A stretch of 64,000 bases of DNA from Lineus longissimus (Eukaryota): assembly GCF_910592395.1 (NCBI RefSeq), contig NC_088308.1, positions 1,488,001 to 1,552,000 on the forward strand. The letters run 5' to 3'. The notes under the pieces were generated by a model. It did no database searches. It was not told where the DNA came from and saw nothing but the letters and a program-made list of their open reading frames with translations. Within the stretch, counting starts at the first letter, position 1, and each line of letters begins with the position of its first letter. Below, piece after piece: positions 40,767 through 55,630 of this stretch. Made by a program: the position numbers and the translations under genes.

Positions 40767-41667
40767 TTTCATGCTGTGTTGGTGATTTTATTCGCCTCTT
40801 ATATGCGGTATGCAAACGAGTGCGCCGCAATTGTGACAGGGTCTCGCAGGTGGCAGAGTACTTTGCCGAAATAGTTCCAAGTAATCGTATATTTCGATAG
40901 TTGTACAGATTTTTCTCAACATATCGTATTTATATACCTCAGTGATATTAATGATTATCTTTGCAGTTGATTTAACGTTTTAATTGCCGTTTTTAAAGTT
41001 TTTAAAAATCGAGGTCAGCAGGGTCAGCAATAAATAGTTTTGAAAGAAATAGCAGTTGGCGCCGATGATATCAGCAATATGGTGGATTTCCGCCCCACCC
41101 GTGAGATTTGCTCTCGTCACGTCATGAGCACAATGAACTGCTTGTGAACTATGCAGAATATGTATCGGCTACCGCTCTCTCCATCATTACCGACGATATG
41201 TGCCGGTGCCGGTCGTACGAGGTCGTTTCAATGAAAGAGACGCACGCCACTGCCGCACCGGTACCTGAGAAAACTTGCCGATTTTGGCAGATTTGCGATG
41301 ATTGAAACAATACATCTACCTCCTAGTTCATGTATTCTCATATGACAAACCCAGTGGACATATAGCCTGAACTAACATGCAGCGATCGTTAAAACTTATA
41401 CGTGTGTACCTATTGTATACATCAGATAGCGCTCGAGCGTGCGACTACTGACTATTGGAGTTGCTTGGCGTTAGAAGTAGGAACTAGATATAATTGGACC
41501 AATATGTCAACGACCGGCGTACCCCTTTAACCATCCAGGCACCAGTGGTTTTCAATATCCTCCCAAGCCTCCCGATATGACGAAGGAGTATAAAAAGCCT
41601 GAAGCTCAGGGTGCCCTTTGACTAATTCTGATTGGAAAAGTCACGGTCCGACACTAATATTTTTTTG

Positions 41668-41768
41668 CCCCGATGCATCCTCGAAAATACCAGCTGCCGA
41701 TTCGAACCATCCTCGGTAGTACTCGAACGCTCGGAATCAGTATAATATGCTGCAGTTTGGATGCGGGG
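41668..41768. repeat. ~100-bp imperfect inverted repeat in each full unit, containing a second B-box-like motif
   Basis: CCCCGATGCATCC ... GGATGCGGGG termini with inner GATTC/GAATC pairing; the minus strand contains GGTTCGAATCG. Confidence 0.55.
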
Positions 41769-41860
41769 TATGATAATGATAATAATGAAAATGTTGACAT
41801 CTTGTACATGGATGATTAGATAACAAGATAAGGAAGAAGAAAAAAAGAAAAAAGCTGCGG

Positions 41861-41933
41861 CAGATTCACCGGGAGTCGAACCCGTGACCAGCCGATCCAC
41901 AGTCAAACACTCTTGGCGCTGAACCGTCAAGGC
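41861..41933 (-). ncRNA. tRNA-like element copy 4
   Basis: Same sequence as copy 1. Confidence 0.72.
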
Positions 41934-43027
41934 TTTCATGCTGTGTTGGTGATTTTATTCGCCTCTTATATGCGGTATGCAAACGAGCGCGCCGCAATTG
42001 TGACAGGGTCTCGCAGGTGGCAGAGTACTTTGCCGAAATAGTTCCAAGTAATCGTATATTTCGATAGTTGTACAGATTTTTCTCAACATATCGTATTTAT
42101 ATACCTCAGTGATATTAATGATTATCTTTGCAGTTGATTTAACGTTTTAATTGCCGTTTTTAAAGTTTTTAAAAATCGAGGTCAGCAGGGTCAGCAATAA
42201 ATAGTTTTGAAAGAAATAGTAGTTGGCGCCGATGATATCAGCAATATGGTGGATTTCCGCCCCACCCGTGAGATTTGCTCTCGTCACGTCATGAGCACAA
42301 TGAACTGCTTGTGAACTATGCAGAATATGTATCGGCTACCGCTCTCTCCATCATTACCGACGATATGTGCCGGTGCCGGTCGTACGAGGTCGTTTCAATG
42401 AAAGAGACGCACGCCACTGCCGCACCGGTACCTGAGAAAACTTGCCGATTTAGGCAGATTTGCGATGATTGAAACAATACATCTACCTCCTAGTTCATGT
42501 ATTCTCATATGACAAACCCAGTGGACATATAGCCTGAACTAACATGCAGCGATCGTTAAAACTTATACGTGTGTACCTATTGTATACATCAGATAGCGCT
42601 CGAGCGTGCGACTACTGACTATTGGAGTTGCTTGGCGTTAGAAGTAGGAACTAGATATAATTGGACCAATATGTCAACGACCGGCGTACCCCTTTAACCA
42701 TCCAGGCACCAGTGGTTTTCAATATCCTCCCACGCCTCCCGATATGACGAAGGAGTATAAAAAGCCTGAAGCTCAGGGTGCCCTTTGACTAATTCTGATT
42801 GGAAAAGTCACGGTCCGACACTAATATTTTTTTGCCCCGATGCATCCTCGAAAATACCAGCTGCCGATTCGAACCATCCTCGGTAGTACTCGAACGCTCG
42901 GAATCAGTATAATATGCTGCAGTTTGGATGCGGGGTATGATAATGATAATAATGAAAATGTTGACATCTTGTACATGGATGATTAGATAACAAGATAAGG
43001 AAGAAGAAAAAAAGAAAAAAGCTGCGG

Positions 43028-43100
43028 CAGATTCACCGGGAGTCGAACCCGTGACCAGCCGATCCACAGTCAAACACTCTTGGCGCTGAACCGTCAAGGC
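43028..43100 (-). ncRNA. tRNA-like element copy 5
   Basis: Same sequence as copy 1. Confidence 0.72.
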
Positions 43101-44200
43101 TTTCATGCTGTGTTGGTGATTTTATTCGCCTCTTATACATGTATGCGGTATGCAAACGAGCGCGCCGCAATTGTGACAGGGTCTCGCAGGTGGCAGAGTA
43201 CTTTGCCGAAATAGTTCCAAGTAATCGTATATTTCGATAGTTGTACAGATTTTTCTCAACATATCGTATTTATATACCTCAGTGATATTAATGATTATCT
43301 TTGCAGTTGATTTAACGTTTTAATTGCCGTTTTTAAAGTTTTTAAAAATCGAGGTCAGCAGGGTCAGCAATAAATAGTTTTGAAAGAAATAGTAGTTGGC
43401 GCCGATGATATCAGCAATATGGTGGATTTCCGCCCCACCCGTGAGATTTGCTCTCGTCACGTCATGAGCACAATGAACTGCTTGTGAACTATGCAGAATA
43501 TGTATCGGCTACCGCTCTCTCCATCATTACCGACGAAATGTGCCGGTGCCGGTCGTACGAGGTCGTTTCAATGAAAGAGACGCACGCCACTGCCGCACCG
43601 GTACCTGAGAAAACTTGCCGATTTAGGCAGATTTGCGATGATTGAAACAATACATCTACCTCCTAGTTCATGTATTCTCATATGACAAACCCAGTGGACA
43701 TATAGCCTGAACTAACATGCAGCGATCGTTAAAACTTATACGTGTGTACCTATTGTATACATCAGATAGCGCTCGAGCGTGCGACTACTGACTATTGGAG
43801 TTGCTTGGCGTTAGAAGTAGGAACTAGATATAATTGGACCAATATGTCAACGACCGGCGTACCCCTTTAACCATCCAGGCACCAGTGGTTTTCAATATCC
43901 TCCCACGCCTCCCGATATGACGAAGGAGTATAAAAAGCCTGAAGCTCAGGGTGCCCTTTGACTAATTCTGATTGGAAAAGTCACGGTCCGACACTAATAT
44001 TTTTTTGCCCCGATGCATCCTCGAAAATACCAGCTGCCGATTCGAACCATCCTCGGTAGTACTCGAACGCTCGGAATCAGTATAATATGCTGCAGTTTGG
44101 ATGCGGGGTATGATAATGATAATAATGAAAATGTTGACATCTTGTACATGGATGATTAGATAACAAGATAAGGAAGAAGAAAAAAAGAAAAAAGCTGCGG

Positions 44201-44273
44201 CAGATTCACCGGGAGTCGAACCCGTGACCAGCCGATCCACAGTCAAACACTCTTGGCGCTGAACCGTCAAGGC
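44201..44273 (-). ncRNA. tRNA-like element copy 6
   Basis: Same sequence as copy 1. Confidence 0.72.
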
Positions 44274-45373
44274 TTTCATGCTGTGTTGGTGATTTTATTC
44301 GCCTCTTATACATGTATGCGGTATGCAAACGAGCGCGCCGCAATTGTGACAGGGTCTCGCAGGTGGCAGAGTACTTTGCCGAAATAGTTCCAAGTAATCG
44401 TATATTTCGATAGTTGTACAGATTTTTCTCAACATATCGTATTTATATACCTCAGTGATATTAATGATTATCTTTGCAGTTGATTTAACGTTTTAATTGC
44501 CGTTTTTAAAGTTTTTAAAAATCGAGGTCAGCAGGGTCAGCAATAAATAGTTTTGAAAGAAATAGCAGTTGGCGCCGATGATATCAGCAATATGGTGGAT
44601 TTCCGCCCCACCCGTGAGATTTGCTCTCGTCACGTCATGAGCACAATGAACTGCTTGTGAACTATGCAGAATATGTATCGGCTACCGCTCTCTCCATCAT
44701 TACCGACGATATGTGCCGGTGCCGGTCGTACGAGGTCGTTTCAATGAAAGAGACGCACGCCACTGCCGCACCGGTACCTGAGAAAACTTGCCGATTTTGG
44801 CAGATTTGCGATGATTGAAACAATACATCTACCTCCTAGTTCATGTATTCTCATATGACAAACCCAGTGGACATATAGCCTGAACTAACATGCAGCGATC
44901 GTTAAAACTTATACGTGTGTACCTATTGTATACATCAGATAGCGCTCGAGCGTGCGACTACTGACTATTGGAGTTGCTTGGCGTTAGAAGTAGGAACTAG
45001 ATATAATTGGACCAATATGTCAACGACCGGCGTACCCCTTTAACCATCCAGGCACCAGTGGTTTTCAATATCCTCCCACGCCTCCCGATATGACGAAGGA
45101 GTATAAAAAGCCTGAAGCTCAGGGTGCCCTTTGACTAATTCTGATTGGAAAAGTCACGGTCCGACACTAATATTTTTTTGCCCCGATGCATCCTCGAAAA
45201 TACCAGCTGCCGATTCGAACCATCCTCGGTAGTACTCGAACGCTCGGAATCAGTATAATATGCTGCAGTTTGGATGCGGGGTATGATAATGATAATAATG
45301 AAAATGTTGACATCTTGTACATGGATGATTAGATAACAAGATAAGGAAGAAGAAAAAAAGAAAAAAGCTGCGG

Positions 45374-45446
45374 CAGATTCACCGGGAGTCGAACCCGTGA
45401 CCAGCCGATCCACAGTCAAACACTCTTGGCGCTGAACCGTCAAGGC
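45374..45446 (-). ncRNA. tRNA-like element copy 7
   Basis: Same sequence as copy 1. Confidence 0.72.
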
Positions 45447-46546
45447 TTTCATGCTGTGTTGGTGATTTTATTCGCCTCTTATACATGTATGCGGTATGCA
45501 AACGAGCGCGCCGCAATTGTGACAGGGTCTCGCAGGTGGCAGAGTACTTTGCCGAAATAGTTCCAAGTAATCGTATATTTCGATAGTTGTACAGATTTTT
45601 CTCAACATATCGTATTTATATACCTCAGTGATATTAATGATTATCTTTGCAGTTGATTTAACGTTTTAATTGCCGTTTTTAAAGTTTTTAAAAATCGAGG
45701 TCAGCAGGGTCAGCAATAAATAGTTTTGAAAGAAATAGCAGTTGGCGCCGATGATATCAGCAATATGGTGGATTTCCGCCCCACCCGTGAGATTTGCTCT
45801 CGTCACGTCATGAGCACAATGAACTGCTTGTGAACTATGCAGAATATGTATCGGCTACCGCTCTCTCCATCATTACCGACGATATGTGCCGGTGCCGGTC
45901 GTACGAGGTCGTTTCAATGAAAGAGACGCACGCCACTGCCGCACCGGTACCTGAGAAAACTTGCCGATTTTGGCAGATTTGCGATGATTGAAACAATACA
46001 TCTACCTCCTAGTTCATGTATTCTCATATGACAAACCCAGTGGACATATAGCCTGAACTAACATGCAGCGATCGTTAAAACTTATACGTGTGTACCTATT
46101 GTATACATCAGATAGCGCTCGAGCGTGCGACTACTGACTATTGGAGTTGCTTGGCGTTAGAAGTAGGAACTAGATATAATTGGACCAATATGTCAACGAC
46201 CGGCGTACCCCTTTAACCATCCAGGCACCAGTGGTTTTCAATATCCTCCCACGCCTCCCGATATGACGAAGGAGTATAAAAAGCCTGAAGCTCAGGGTGC
46301 CCTTTGACTAATTCTGATTGGAAAAGTCACGGTCCGACACTAATATTTTTTTGCCCCGATGCATCCTCGAAAATACCAGCTGCCGATTCGAACCATCCTC
46401 GGTAGTACTCGAACGCTCGGAATCAGTATAATATGCTGCAGTTTGGATGCGGGGTATGATAATGATAATAATGAAAATGTTGACATCTTGTACATGGATG
46501 ATTAGATAACAAGATAAGGAAGAAGAAAAAAAGAAAAAAGCTGCGG

Positions 46547-46619
46547 CAGATTCACCGGGAGTCGAACCCGTGACCAGCCGATCCACAGTCAAACACTCTT
46601 GGCGCTGAACCGTCAAGGC
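46547..46619 (-). ncRNA. tRNA-like element copy 8
   Basis: Same sequence as copy 1. Confidence 0.72.
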
Positions 46620-47713
46620 TTTCATGCTGTGTTGGTGATTTTATTCGCCTCTTATATGCGGTATGCAAACGAGCGCGCCGCAATTGTGACAGGGTCTCGC
46701 AGGTGGCAGAGTACTTTGCCGAAATAGTTCCAAGTAATCGTATATTTCGATAGTTGTACAGATTTTTCTCAACATATCGTATTTATATACCTCAGTGATA
46801 TTAATGATTATCTTTGCAGTTGATTTAACGTTTTAATTGCCGTTTTTAAAGTTTTTAAAAATCGAGGTCAGCAGGGTCAGCAATAAATAGTTTTGAAAGA
46901 AATAGTAGTTGGCGCCGATGATATCAGCAATATGGTGGATTTCCGCCCCACCCGTGAGATTTGCTCTCGTCACGTCATGAGCACAATGAACTGCTTGTGA
47001 ACTATGCAGAATATGTATCGGCTACCGCTCTCTCCATCATTACCGACGATATGTGCCGGTGCCGGTCGTACGAGGTCGTTTCAATGAAAGAGACGCACGC
47101 CACTGCCGCACCGGTACCTGAGAAAACTTGCCGATTTAGGCAGATTTGCGATGATTGAAACAATACATCTACCTCCTAGTTCATGTATTCTCATATGACA
47201 AACCCAGTGGACATATAGCCTGAACTAACATGCAGCGATCGTTAAAACTTATACGTGTGTACCTATTGTATACATCAGATAGCGCTCGAGCGTGCGACTA
47301 CTGACTATTGGAGTTGCTTGGCGTTAGAAGTAGGAACTAGATATAATTGGACCAATATGTCAACGACCGGCGTACCCCTTTAACCATCCAGGCACCAGTG
47401 GTTTTCAATATCCTCCCACGCCTCCCGATATGACGAAGGAGTATAAAAAGCCTGAAGCTCAGGGTGCCCTTTGACTAATTCTGATTGGAAAAGTCACGGT
47501 CCGACACTAATATTTTTTTGCCCCGATGCATCCTCGAAAATACCAGCTGCCGATTCGAACCATCCTCGGTAGTACTCGAACGCTCGGAATCAGTATAATA
47601 TGCTGCAGTTTGGATGCGGGGTATGATAATGATAATAATGAAAATGTTGACATCTTGTACATGGATGATTAGATAACAAGATAATGAAGAAGAAAAAAAG
47701 AAAAAAGCTGCGG

Positions 47714-47786
47714 AAGATTCACCGGGAGTCGAACCCGTGACCAGCCGATCCACAGTCAAACACTCTTGGCGCTGAACCGTCAAGGC
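47714..47786 (-). ncRNA. tRNA-like element copy 9 (last base G>T)
   Basis: Plus strand CGGAAGATTC instead of CGGCAGATTC. Confidence 0.72.
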
Positions 47787-48886
47787 TTTCATGCTGTGTT
47801 GGTGATTTTATTCGCCTCTTATACATGTATGCGGTATGCAAACGAGCGCGCCGCAATTGTGACAGGGTCTCGCAGGTGGCAGAGTACTTTGCCGAAATAG
47901 TTCCAAGTAATCGTATATTTCGATAGTTGTACAGATTTTTCTCAACATATCGTATTTATATACCTCAGTGATATTAATGATTATCTTTGCAGTTGATTTA
48001 ACGTTTTAATTGCCGTTTTTAAAGTTTTTAAAAATCGAGGTCAGCAGGGTCAGCAATAAATAGTTTTGAAAGAAATAGTAGTTGGCGCCGATGATATCAG
48101 CAATATGGTGGATTTCCGCCCCACCCGTGAGATTTGCTCTCGTCACGTCATGAGCACAATGACCTGCTTGTGAACTATGCAGAATATGTATCGGCTACCG
48201 CTCTCTCCATCATTACCGACGATATGTGCCGGTGCCGGTCGTACGAGGTCGTTTCAATGAAAGAGACGCACGCCACTGCCGCACCGGTACCTGAGAAAAC
48301 TTGCCGATTTAGGCAGATTTGCGATGATTGAAACAATACATCTACCTCCTAGTTCATGTATTCTCATATGACAAACCCAGTGGACATATAGCCTGAACTA
48401 ACATGCAGCGATCGTTAAAACTTATACGTGTGTACCTATTGTATACATCAGATAGCGCTCGAGCGTGCGACTACTGACTATTGGAGTTGCTTGGCGTTAG
48501 AAGTAGGAACTAGATATAATTGGACCAATATGTCAACGACCGGCGTACCCCTTTAACCATCCAGGCACCAGTGGTTTTCAATATCCTCCCACGCCTCCCG
48601 ATATGACGAAGGAGTATAAAAAGCCTGAAGCTCAGGGTGCCCTTTGACTAATTCTGATTGGAAAAGTCACGGTCCGACACTAATATTTTTTTGCCCCGAT
48701 GCATCCTCGAAAATACCAGCTGCCGATTCGAACCATCCTCGGTAGTACTCGAACGCTCGGAATCAGTATAATATGCTGCAGTTTGGATGCGGGGTATGAT
48801 AATGATAATAATGAAAATGTTGACATCTTGTACATGGATGATTAGATAACAAGATAAGGAAGAAGAAAAAAAGAAAAAAGCTGCGG

Positions 48887-48959
48887 CAGATTCACCGGGA
48901 GTCGAACCCGTGACCAGCCGATCCACAGTCAAACACTCTTGGCGCTGAACCGTCAAGGC
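48887..48959 (-). ncRNA. tRNA-like element copy 10
   Basis: Same sequence as copy 1. Confidence 0.72.
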
Positions 48960-50059
48960 TTTCATGCTGTGTTGGTGATTTTATTCGCCTCTTATACATG
49001 TATGCGGTATGCAAACGAGCGCGCCGCAATTGTGACAGGGTCTCGCAGGTGGCAGAGTACTTTGCCGAAATAGTTCCAAGTAATCGTATATTTCGATAGT
49101 TGTACAGATTTTTCTCAACATATCGTATTTATATACCTCAGTGATATTAATGATTATCTTTGCAGTTGATTTAACGTTTTAATTGCCGTTTTTAAAGTTT
49201 TTAAAAATCGAGGTCAGCAGGGTCAGCAATAAATAGTTTTGAAAGAAATAGTAGTTGGCGCCGATGATATCAGCAATATGGTGGATTTCCGCCCCACCCG
49301 TGAGATTTGCTCTCGTCACGTCATGAGCACAATGAACTGCTTGTGAACTTTGCAGAATATGTATCGGCTACCGCTCTCTCCATCATTACCGACGATATGT
49401 GCCGGTGCCGGTCGTACGAGGTCGTTTCAATGAAAGAGACGCACGCCACTGCCGCACCGGTACCTGAGAAAACTTGCCGATTTAGGCAGATTTGCGATGA
49501 TTGAAACAATACATCTACCTCCTAGTTCATGTATTCTCATATGACAAACCCAGTGGACATATAGCCTGAACTAACATGCAGCGATCGTTAAAACTTATAC
49601 GTGTGTACCTATTGTATACATCAGATAGCGCTCGAGCGTGCGACTACTGACTATTGGAGTTGCTTGGCGTTAGAAGTAGGAACTAGATATAATTGGACCA
49701 ATATGTCAACGACCGGCGTACCCCTTTAACCATCCAGGCACCAGTGGTTTTCAATATCCTCCCACGCCTCCCGATATGACGAAGGAGTATAAAAAGCCTG
49801 AAGCTCAGGGTGCCCTTTGACTAATTCTGATTGGAAAAGTCACGGTCCGACACTAATATTTTTTTGCCCCGATGCATCCTCGAAAATACCAGCTGCCGAT
49901 TCGAACCATCCTCGGTAGTACTCGAACGCTCGGAATCAGTATAATATGCTGCAGTTTGGATGCGGGGTATGATAATGATAATAATGAAAATGTTGACATC
50001 TTGTACATGGATGATTAGATAACAAGATAAGGAAGAAGAAAAAAAGAAAAAAGCTGCGG

Positions 50060-50132
50060 CAGATTCACCGGGAGTCGAACCCGTGACCAGCCGATCCACA
50101 GTCAAACACTCTTGGCGCTGAACCGTCAAGGC
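50060..50132 (-). ncRNA. tRNA-like element copy 11
   Basis: Same sequence as copy 1. Confidence 0.72.
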
Positions 50133-51226
50133 TTTCATGCTGTGTTGGTGATTTTATTCGCCTCTTATATGCGGTATGCAAACGAGCGCGCCGCAATTGT
50201 GACAGGGTCTCGCAGGTGGCAGAGTACTTTGCCGAAATAGTTCCAAGTAATCGTATATTTCGATAGTTGTACAGATTTTTCTCAACATATCGTATTTATA
50301 TACCTCAGTGATATTAATGATTATCTTTGCAGTTGATTTAACGTTTTAATTGCCGTTTTTAAAGTTTTTAAAAATCGAGGTCAGCAGGGTCAGCAATAAG
50401 TAGTTTTGAAAGAAATAGTAGTTGGCGCCGATGATATCAGCAATATGGTGGATTTCCGCCCCACCCGTGAGATTTGCTCTCGTCACGTCATGAGCACAAT
50501 GAACTGCTTGTGAACTATGCAGAATATGTATCGGCTACCGCTCTCTCCATCATTACCGACGATATGTGCCGGTGCCGGTCGTACGAGGTCGTTTCAATGA
50601 AAGAGACGCACGCCACTGCCGCACCGGTACCTGAGAAAACTTGCCGATTTAGGCAGATTTGCGATGATTGAAACAATACATCTACCTCCTAGTTCATGTA
50701 TTCTCATATGACAAACCCAGTGGACATATAGCCTGAACTAACATGCAGCGATCGTTAAAACTTATACGTGTGTACCTATTGTATACATCAGATAGCGCTC
50801 GAGCGTGCGACTACTGACTATTGGAGTTGCTTAGCGTTAGAAGTAGGAACTAGATATAATTGGACCAATATGTCAACGACCGGCGTACCCCTTTAACCAT
50901 CCAGGCACCAGTGGTTTTCAATATCCTCCCACGCCTCCCGATATGACGAAGGAGTATAAAAAGCCTGAAGCTCAGGGTGCCCTTTGACTAATTCTGATTG
51001 GAAAAGTCACGGTCCGACACTAATATTTTTTTGCCCCGATGCATCCTCGAAAATACCAGCTGCCGATTCGAACCATCCTCGGTAGTACTCGAACGCTCGG
51101 AATCAGTATAATATGCTGCAGTTTGGATGCGGGGTATGATAATGATAATAATGAAAATGTTGACATCTTGTACATGGATGATCAGATAACAAGATGAGGA
51201 AGAAGAAAAAAAGAAAAAAGCTGCGG

Positions 51227-51299
51227 CAGATTCACCGGGAGTCGAACCCGTGACCAGCCGATCCACAGTCAAACACTCTTGGCGCTGAACCGTCAAGGC
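51227..51299 (-). ncRNA. tRNA-like element copy 12
   Basis: Same sequence as copy 1. Confidence 0.72.
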
Positions 51300-52514
51300 T
51301 TTCATGCTGTGTTGGTGATTTTATTCGCCTCTTATATGCGGTATGCAAACGAGCGCGCCGCAATTGTGACAGGGTCTCGCAGGTGGCAGAGTACTTTGCC
51401 GAAATAGTTCCAAGTAATCGTATATTTCGATAGTTGTACAGATTTTTCTCAACATATCGTATTTATATACCTCAGTGATATTAATGATTATCTTTGCAGT
51501 TGATTTAACGTTTTAATTGCCGTTTTTAAAGTTTTTAAAAATCGAGGTCAGCAGGGTCAGCAATAAGTAGTTTTGAAAGAAATAGTAGTTGGCGCCGATG
51601 ATATCAGCAATATGGTGGATTTCCGCCCCACCCGTGAGATTTGCTCTCGTCACGTCATGAGCACAATGAAATGCTTGTGAACTATGCAGAATATGGGTGA
51701 TATGAATAAAGACTAGGAAATGCTTTTATCTAAATCTCCATGTACATTTACACTAGGCCTTCCTGTACAAAACCGGAGTAAAAGCATTTGCTAGTCTTTA
51801 TTCATATCACCCAATGTATCGGCTACCGCTCTCTCCATCATTACCGACGATATGTGCCGGTGCCGGTCGTACGAGGTCGTTTCAATGAAAGAGACGCACG
51901 CCACTGCCGCACAGGTACCTGAGAAAACTTGCCGATTTAGGCAGATTTGCGATGATTGAAACAATACATCTACCTCCTAGTCCATGTATTCTCATATGAC
52001 AAACCCAGTGGACATATAGCCTGAACTAACATGCAGCGATCGTTAAAACTTATACGTGTGTACCTATTGTATACATCAGATAGCGCTCGAGCGTGCGACT
52101 ACTGACTATTGGAGTTGCTTGGCGTTAGAAGTAGGAACTAGATATAATTGGACCAATATGTCAACGACCGGCGTACCCATTTAACCATCCAGGCACCAGT
52201 GGTTTTCAATATCCTCCCACGCCTCCCGATATGACGAAGGAGTATAAAAAGCCTGAAGCTCAGGGTGCCCTTTGACTAATTCTGATTGGAAAAGTCACGG
52301 TCCGACACTAATATTTTTTTGCCCCGATGCATCCTCGAAAATACCAGCTGCCGATTCGAACCATCCTCGGTAGTACTCGAACGCTCGGAATCAGTATAAT
52401 ATGCTGCAGTTTGGATGCGGGGTATGATAATGATAATAATGAAAATGTTGCCATCTTGTACATGGATGATTAGATAACAAGATAAGGAAGAAGAAAAAAA
52501 GAAAAAAGCTGCGG

Positions 52515-52587
52515 CAGATTCACCGGGAGTCGAACCCGTGACCAGCCAATCCACAGTCAAAGACTCTTGGCGCTGAACCGTCAAGGC
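52515..52587 (-). ncRNA. tRNA-like element copy 13 (two substitutions, at position 26 and in the anticodon stem)
   Basis: Plus strand AGCCAATCCACAGTCAAAGACTC. Confidence 0.7.
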
Positions 52588-53069
52588 TTTCATGCTGTGT
52601 TGGTGATTTTATTCGCCGCTTATATGCGGTATGCAAACGAGCGCGCCGCAATTGTGACAGGGTCTCGCAGGTGGCAGAGTACTTTGCCGAAATAGTTCCA
52701 AGTAATCGTATATTTCGATAGTTGTACAGATTTTTCTCAACATATCGTATTTATATACCTCAGTGATATTTATGATTATCTTTGCAGTTGATTTAACGTT
52801 TTAATTGCCGTTTTTAAAGTTTTTAAAAATCGAGGTCAGCAGGGTCAACAATAAATAGTTTTGAAAGAAATAGTAGTTGGCGCCGATGATATCAGCAATA
52901 TTCTGCCGATTCGAACCATCCTCGGTAGTACTCGAACGCTCGGAATCAGTATAATATGCTCCAGTTTGGATGCGGGGTATGATAATGATAATAATGAAAA
53001 TGTTGACATCTTGTACATGGATGATCAGATAACAAGATGAGGAAGAAGAAAAAAAGAAAAAAGCTGCGG

Positions 53070-53142
53070 CAGATTCACCGGGAGTCGAACCCGTGACCAG
53101 CCGATCCACAGTCAAACACTCTTGGCGCTGAACCGTCAAGGC
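53070..53142 (-). ncRNA. tRNA-like element copy 14 (in the 555-bp deleted unit)
   Basis: Same sequence as copy 1. Confidence 0.72.
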
Positions 53143-54342
53143 TTTCATGCTGTGTTGGTGATTTTATTCGCCTCTTATATGCGGTATGCAAACGAGCGCG
53201 CCGCAATTGTGACAGGGTCTCGCAGGTGGCAGAGTACTTTGCCGAAATAGTTCCAAGTAATCGTATATTTCGATAGTTGTACAGATTTTTCTCAACATAT
53301 CGTATTTATATACCTCAGTGATATTAATGATTATCTTTGCAGTTGATTTAACGTTTTAATTGCCGTTTTTAAAGTTTTTAAAAATCGAGGTCAGCAGGGT
53401 CAGCAATAAGTAGTTTTGAAAGAAATAGTAGTTGGCGCCGATGATATCAGCAATATGGTGGATTTCCGCCCCACCCGTGAGATTTGCTCTCGTCACGTCA
53501 TGAGCACAATGAACTGCTTGTGAACTGTGCAGAATATGGGTGATATGAATAAAGACTAGGAAATGCTTTTATCTAAATCTCCATGTACATTTACACTAGG
53601 CCTTCCTGTACAAAACCGGAGTAAAAGCATTTGCTAGTCTTTATTCATATCACCCAATGTATCGGCTACCGCTCTCTCCATCATTACCGACGATATGTGC
53701 CGGTGCCGGTCGTACGAGGTCGTTTCAATGAAAGAGACGCACGCCACTGCCGCACCGGTACCTGAGAAAACTTGCCGATTTAGGCAGATTTGCGATGATT
53801 GAAACAATACATCTACCTCCTAGTTCATGTATTCTCATATGACAAACCCAGTGGACATATAGCCTGAACTAACATGCAGCGATCGTTAAAACTTATACGT
53901 GTGTACCTATTGTATACATCAGATAGCGCTCGAGCGTGCGACTACTGACTATTGGAGTTGCTTGGCGTTAGAAGTAGGAACTAGATATAATTGGACCAAT
54001 ATGTCAACGACCGGCGTACCCCTTTAACCATCCAGGCACCAGTGGTTTTCAATATCCTCCCACGCCTCCCGATATGACGAAGGAGTATAAAAAGCCTGAA
54101 GCTCAGGGTGCCCTTTGACTAATTCTGATTGGAAAAGTCACGGTCCGACACTAATATTTTTTTGCCCCGATGCATCCTCGAAAATACCAGCTGCCGATTC
54201 GAACCATCCTCGGTAGTACTCGAACGCTCGGAATCAGTTTGGATGCGGGGTATGATAATGATAATAATGAAAATGTTGACATCTTGTACATGGATGATCA
54301 GATAACAAGATGAGGAAGAAGAAAAAAAGAAAAAAGCTGCGG

Positions 54343-54415
54343 CAGATTCACCGGGAGTCGAACCCGTGACCAGCCGATCCACAGTCAAACACTCTTGGCG
54401 CTGAACCGTCAAGGC
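54343..54415 (-). ncRNA. tRNA-like element copy 15
   Basis: Same sequence as copy 1. Confidence 0.72.
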
Positions 54416-55630
54416 TTTCATGCTGTGTTGGTGATTTTATTCGCCTCTTATATGCGGTATGCAAACGAGCGCGCCGCAATTGTGACAGGGTCTCGCAGGT
54501 GGCAGAGTACTTTGCCGAAATAGTTCCAAGTAATCGTATATTTCGATAGTTGTACAGATTTTTCTCAACATATCGTATTTATATACCTCAGTGATATTAA
54601 TGATTATCTTTGCAGTTGATTTAACGTTTTAATTGCCGTTTTTAAAGTTTTTAAAAATCGAGGTCAGCAGGGTCAGCAATAAGTAGTTTTGAAAGAAATA
54701 GTAGTTGGCGCCGATGATATCAGCAATATGGTGGATTTCCGCCCCACCCGTGAGATTTGCTCTCGTCACGTCATGAGCACAATGAACTGCTTGTGAACTA
54801 TGCAGAATATGGGTGATATGAATAAAGACTAGGAAATGCTTTTATCTAAATCTCCATGTACATTTACACTAGGCCTTCCTGTACAAAACCGGAGTAAAAG
54901 CATTTGCTAGTCTTTATTCATATCACCCAATGTATCGGCTACCGCTCTCTCCATCATTACCGACGATATGTGCCGGTGCCGGTCGTACGAGGTCGTTTCA
55001 ATGAAAGAGACGCACGCCACTGCCGCACCGGTACCTGAGAAAACTTGCCGATTTAGGCAGATTTGCGATGATTGAAACAATACATCTACCTCCTAGTCCA
55101 TGTATTCTCATATGACAAACCCAGTGGACATATAGCCTGAACTAACATGCAGCGATCGTTAAAACTTATACGTGTGTACCTATTGTATACATCAGATAGC
55201 GCTCGAGCGTGCGACTACTGACTATTGGAGTTGCTTGGCGTTAGAAGTAGGAACTAGATATAATTGGACCAATATGTCAACGACCGGCGTACCCCTTTAA
55301 CCATCCAGGCACCAGTGGTTTTCAATATCCTCCCACGCCTCCCGATATGACGAAGGAGTATAAAAAGCCTGAAGCTCAGGGTGCCCTTTGACTAATTCTG
55401 ATTGGAAAAGTCACGGTCCGACACTAATATTTTTTTGCCCCGATGCATCCTCGAAAATACCAGCTGCCGATTCGAACCATCCTCGGTAGTACTCGAACGC
55501 TCGGAATCAGTATAATATGCTGCAGTTTGGATGCGGGGTATGATAATGATAATAATGAAAATGTTGACATCTTGTACATGGATGATTAGATAACAAGATA
55601 AGGAAGAAGAAAAAAAGAAAAAAGCTGCGG

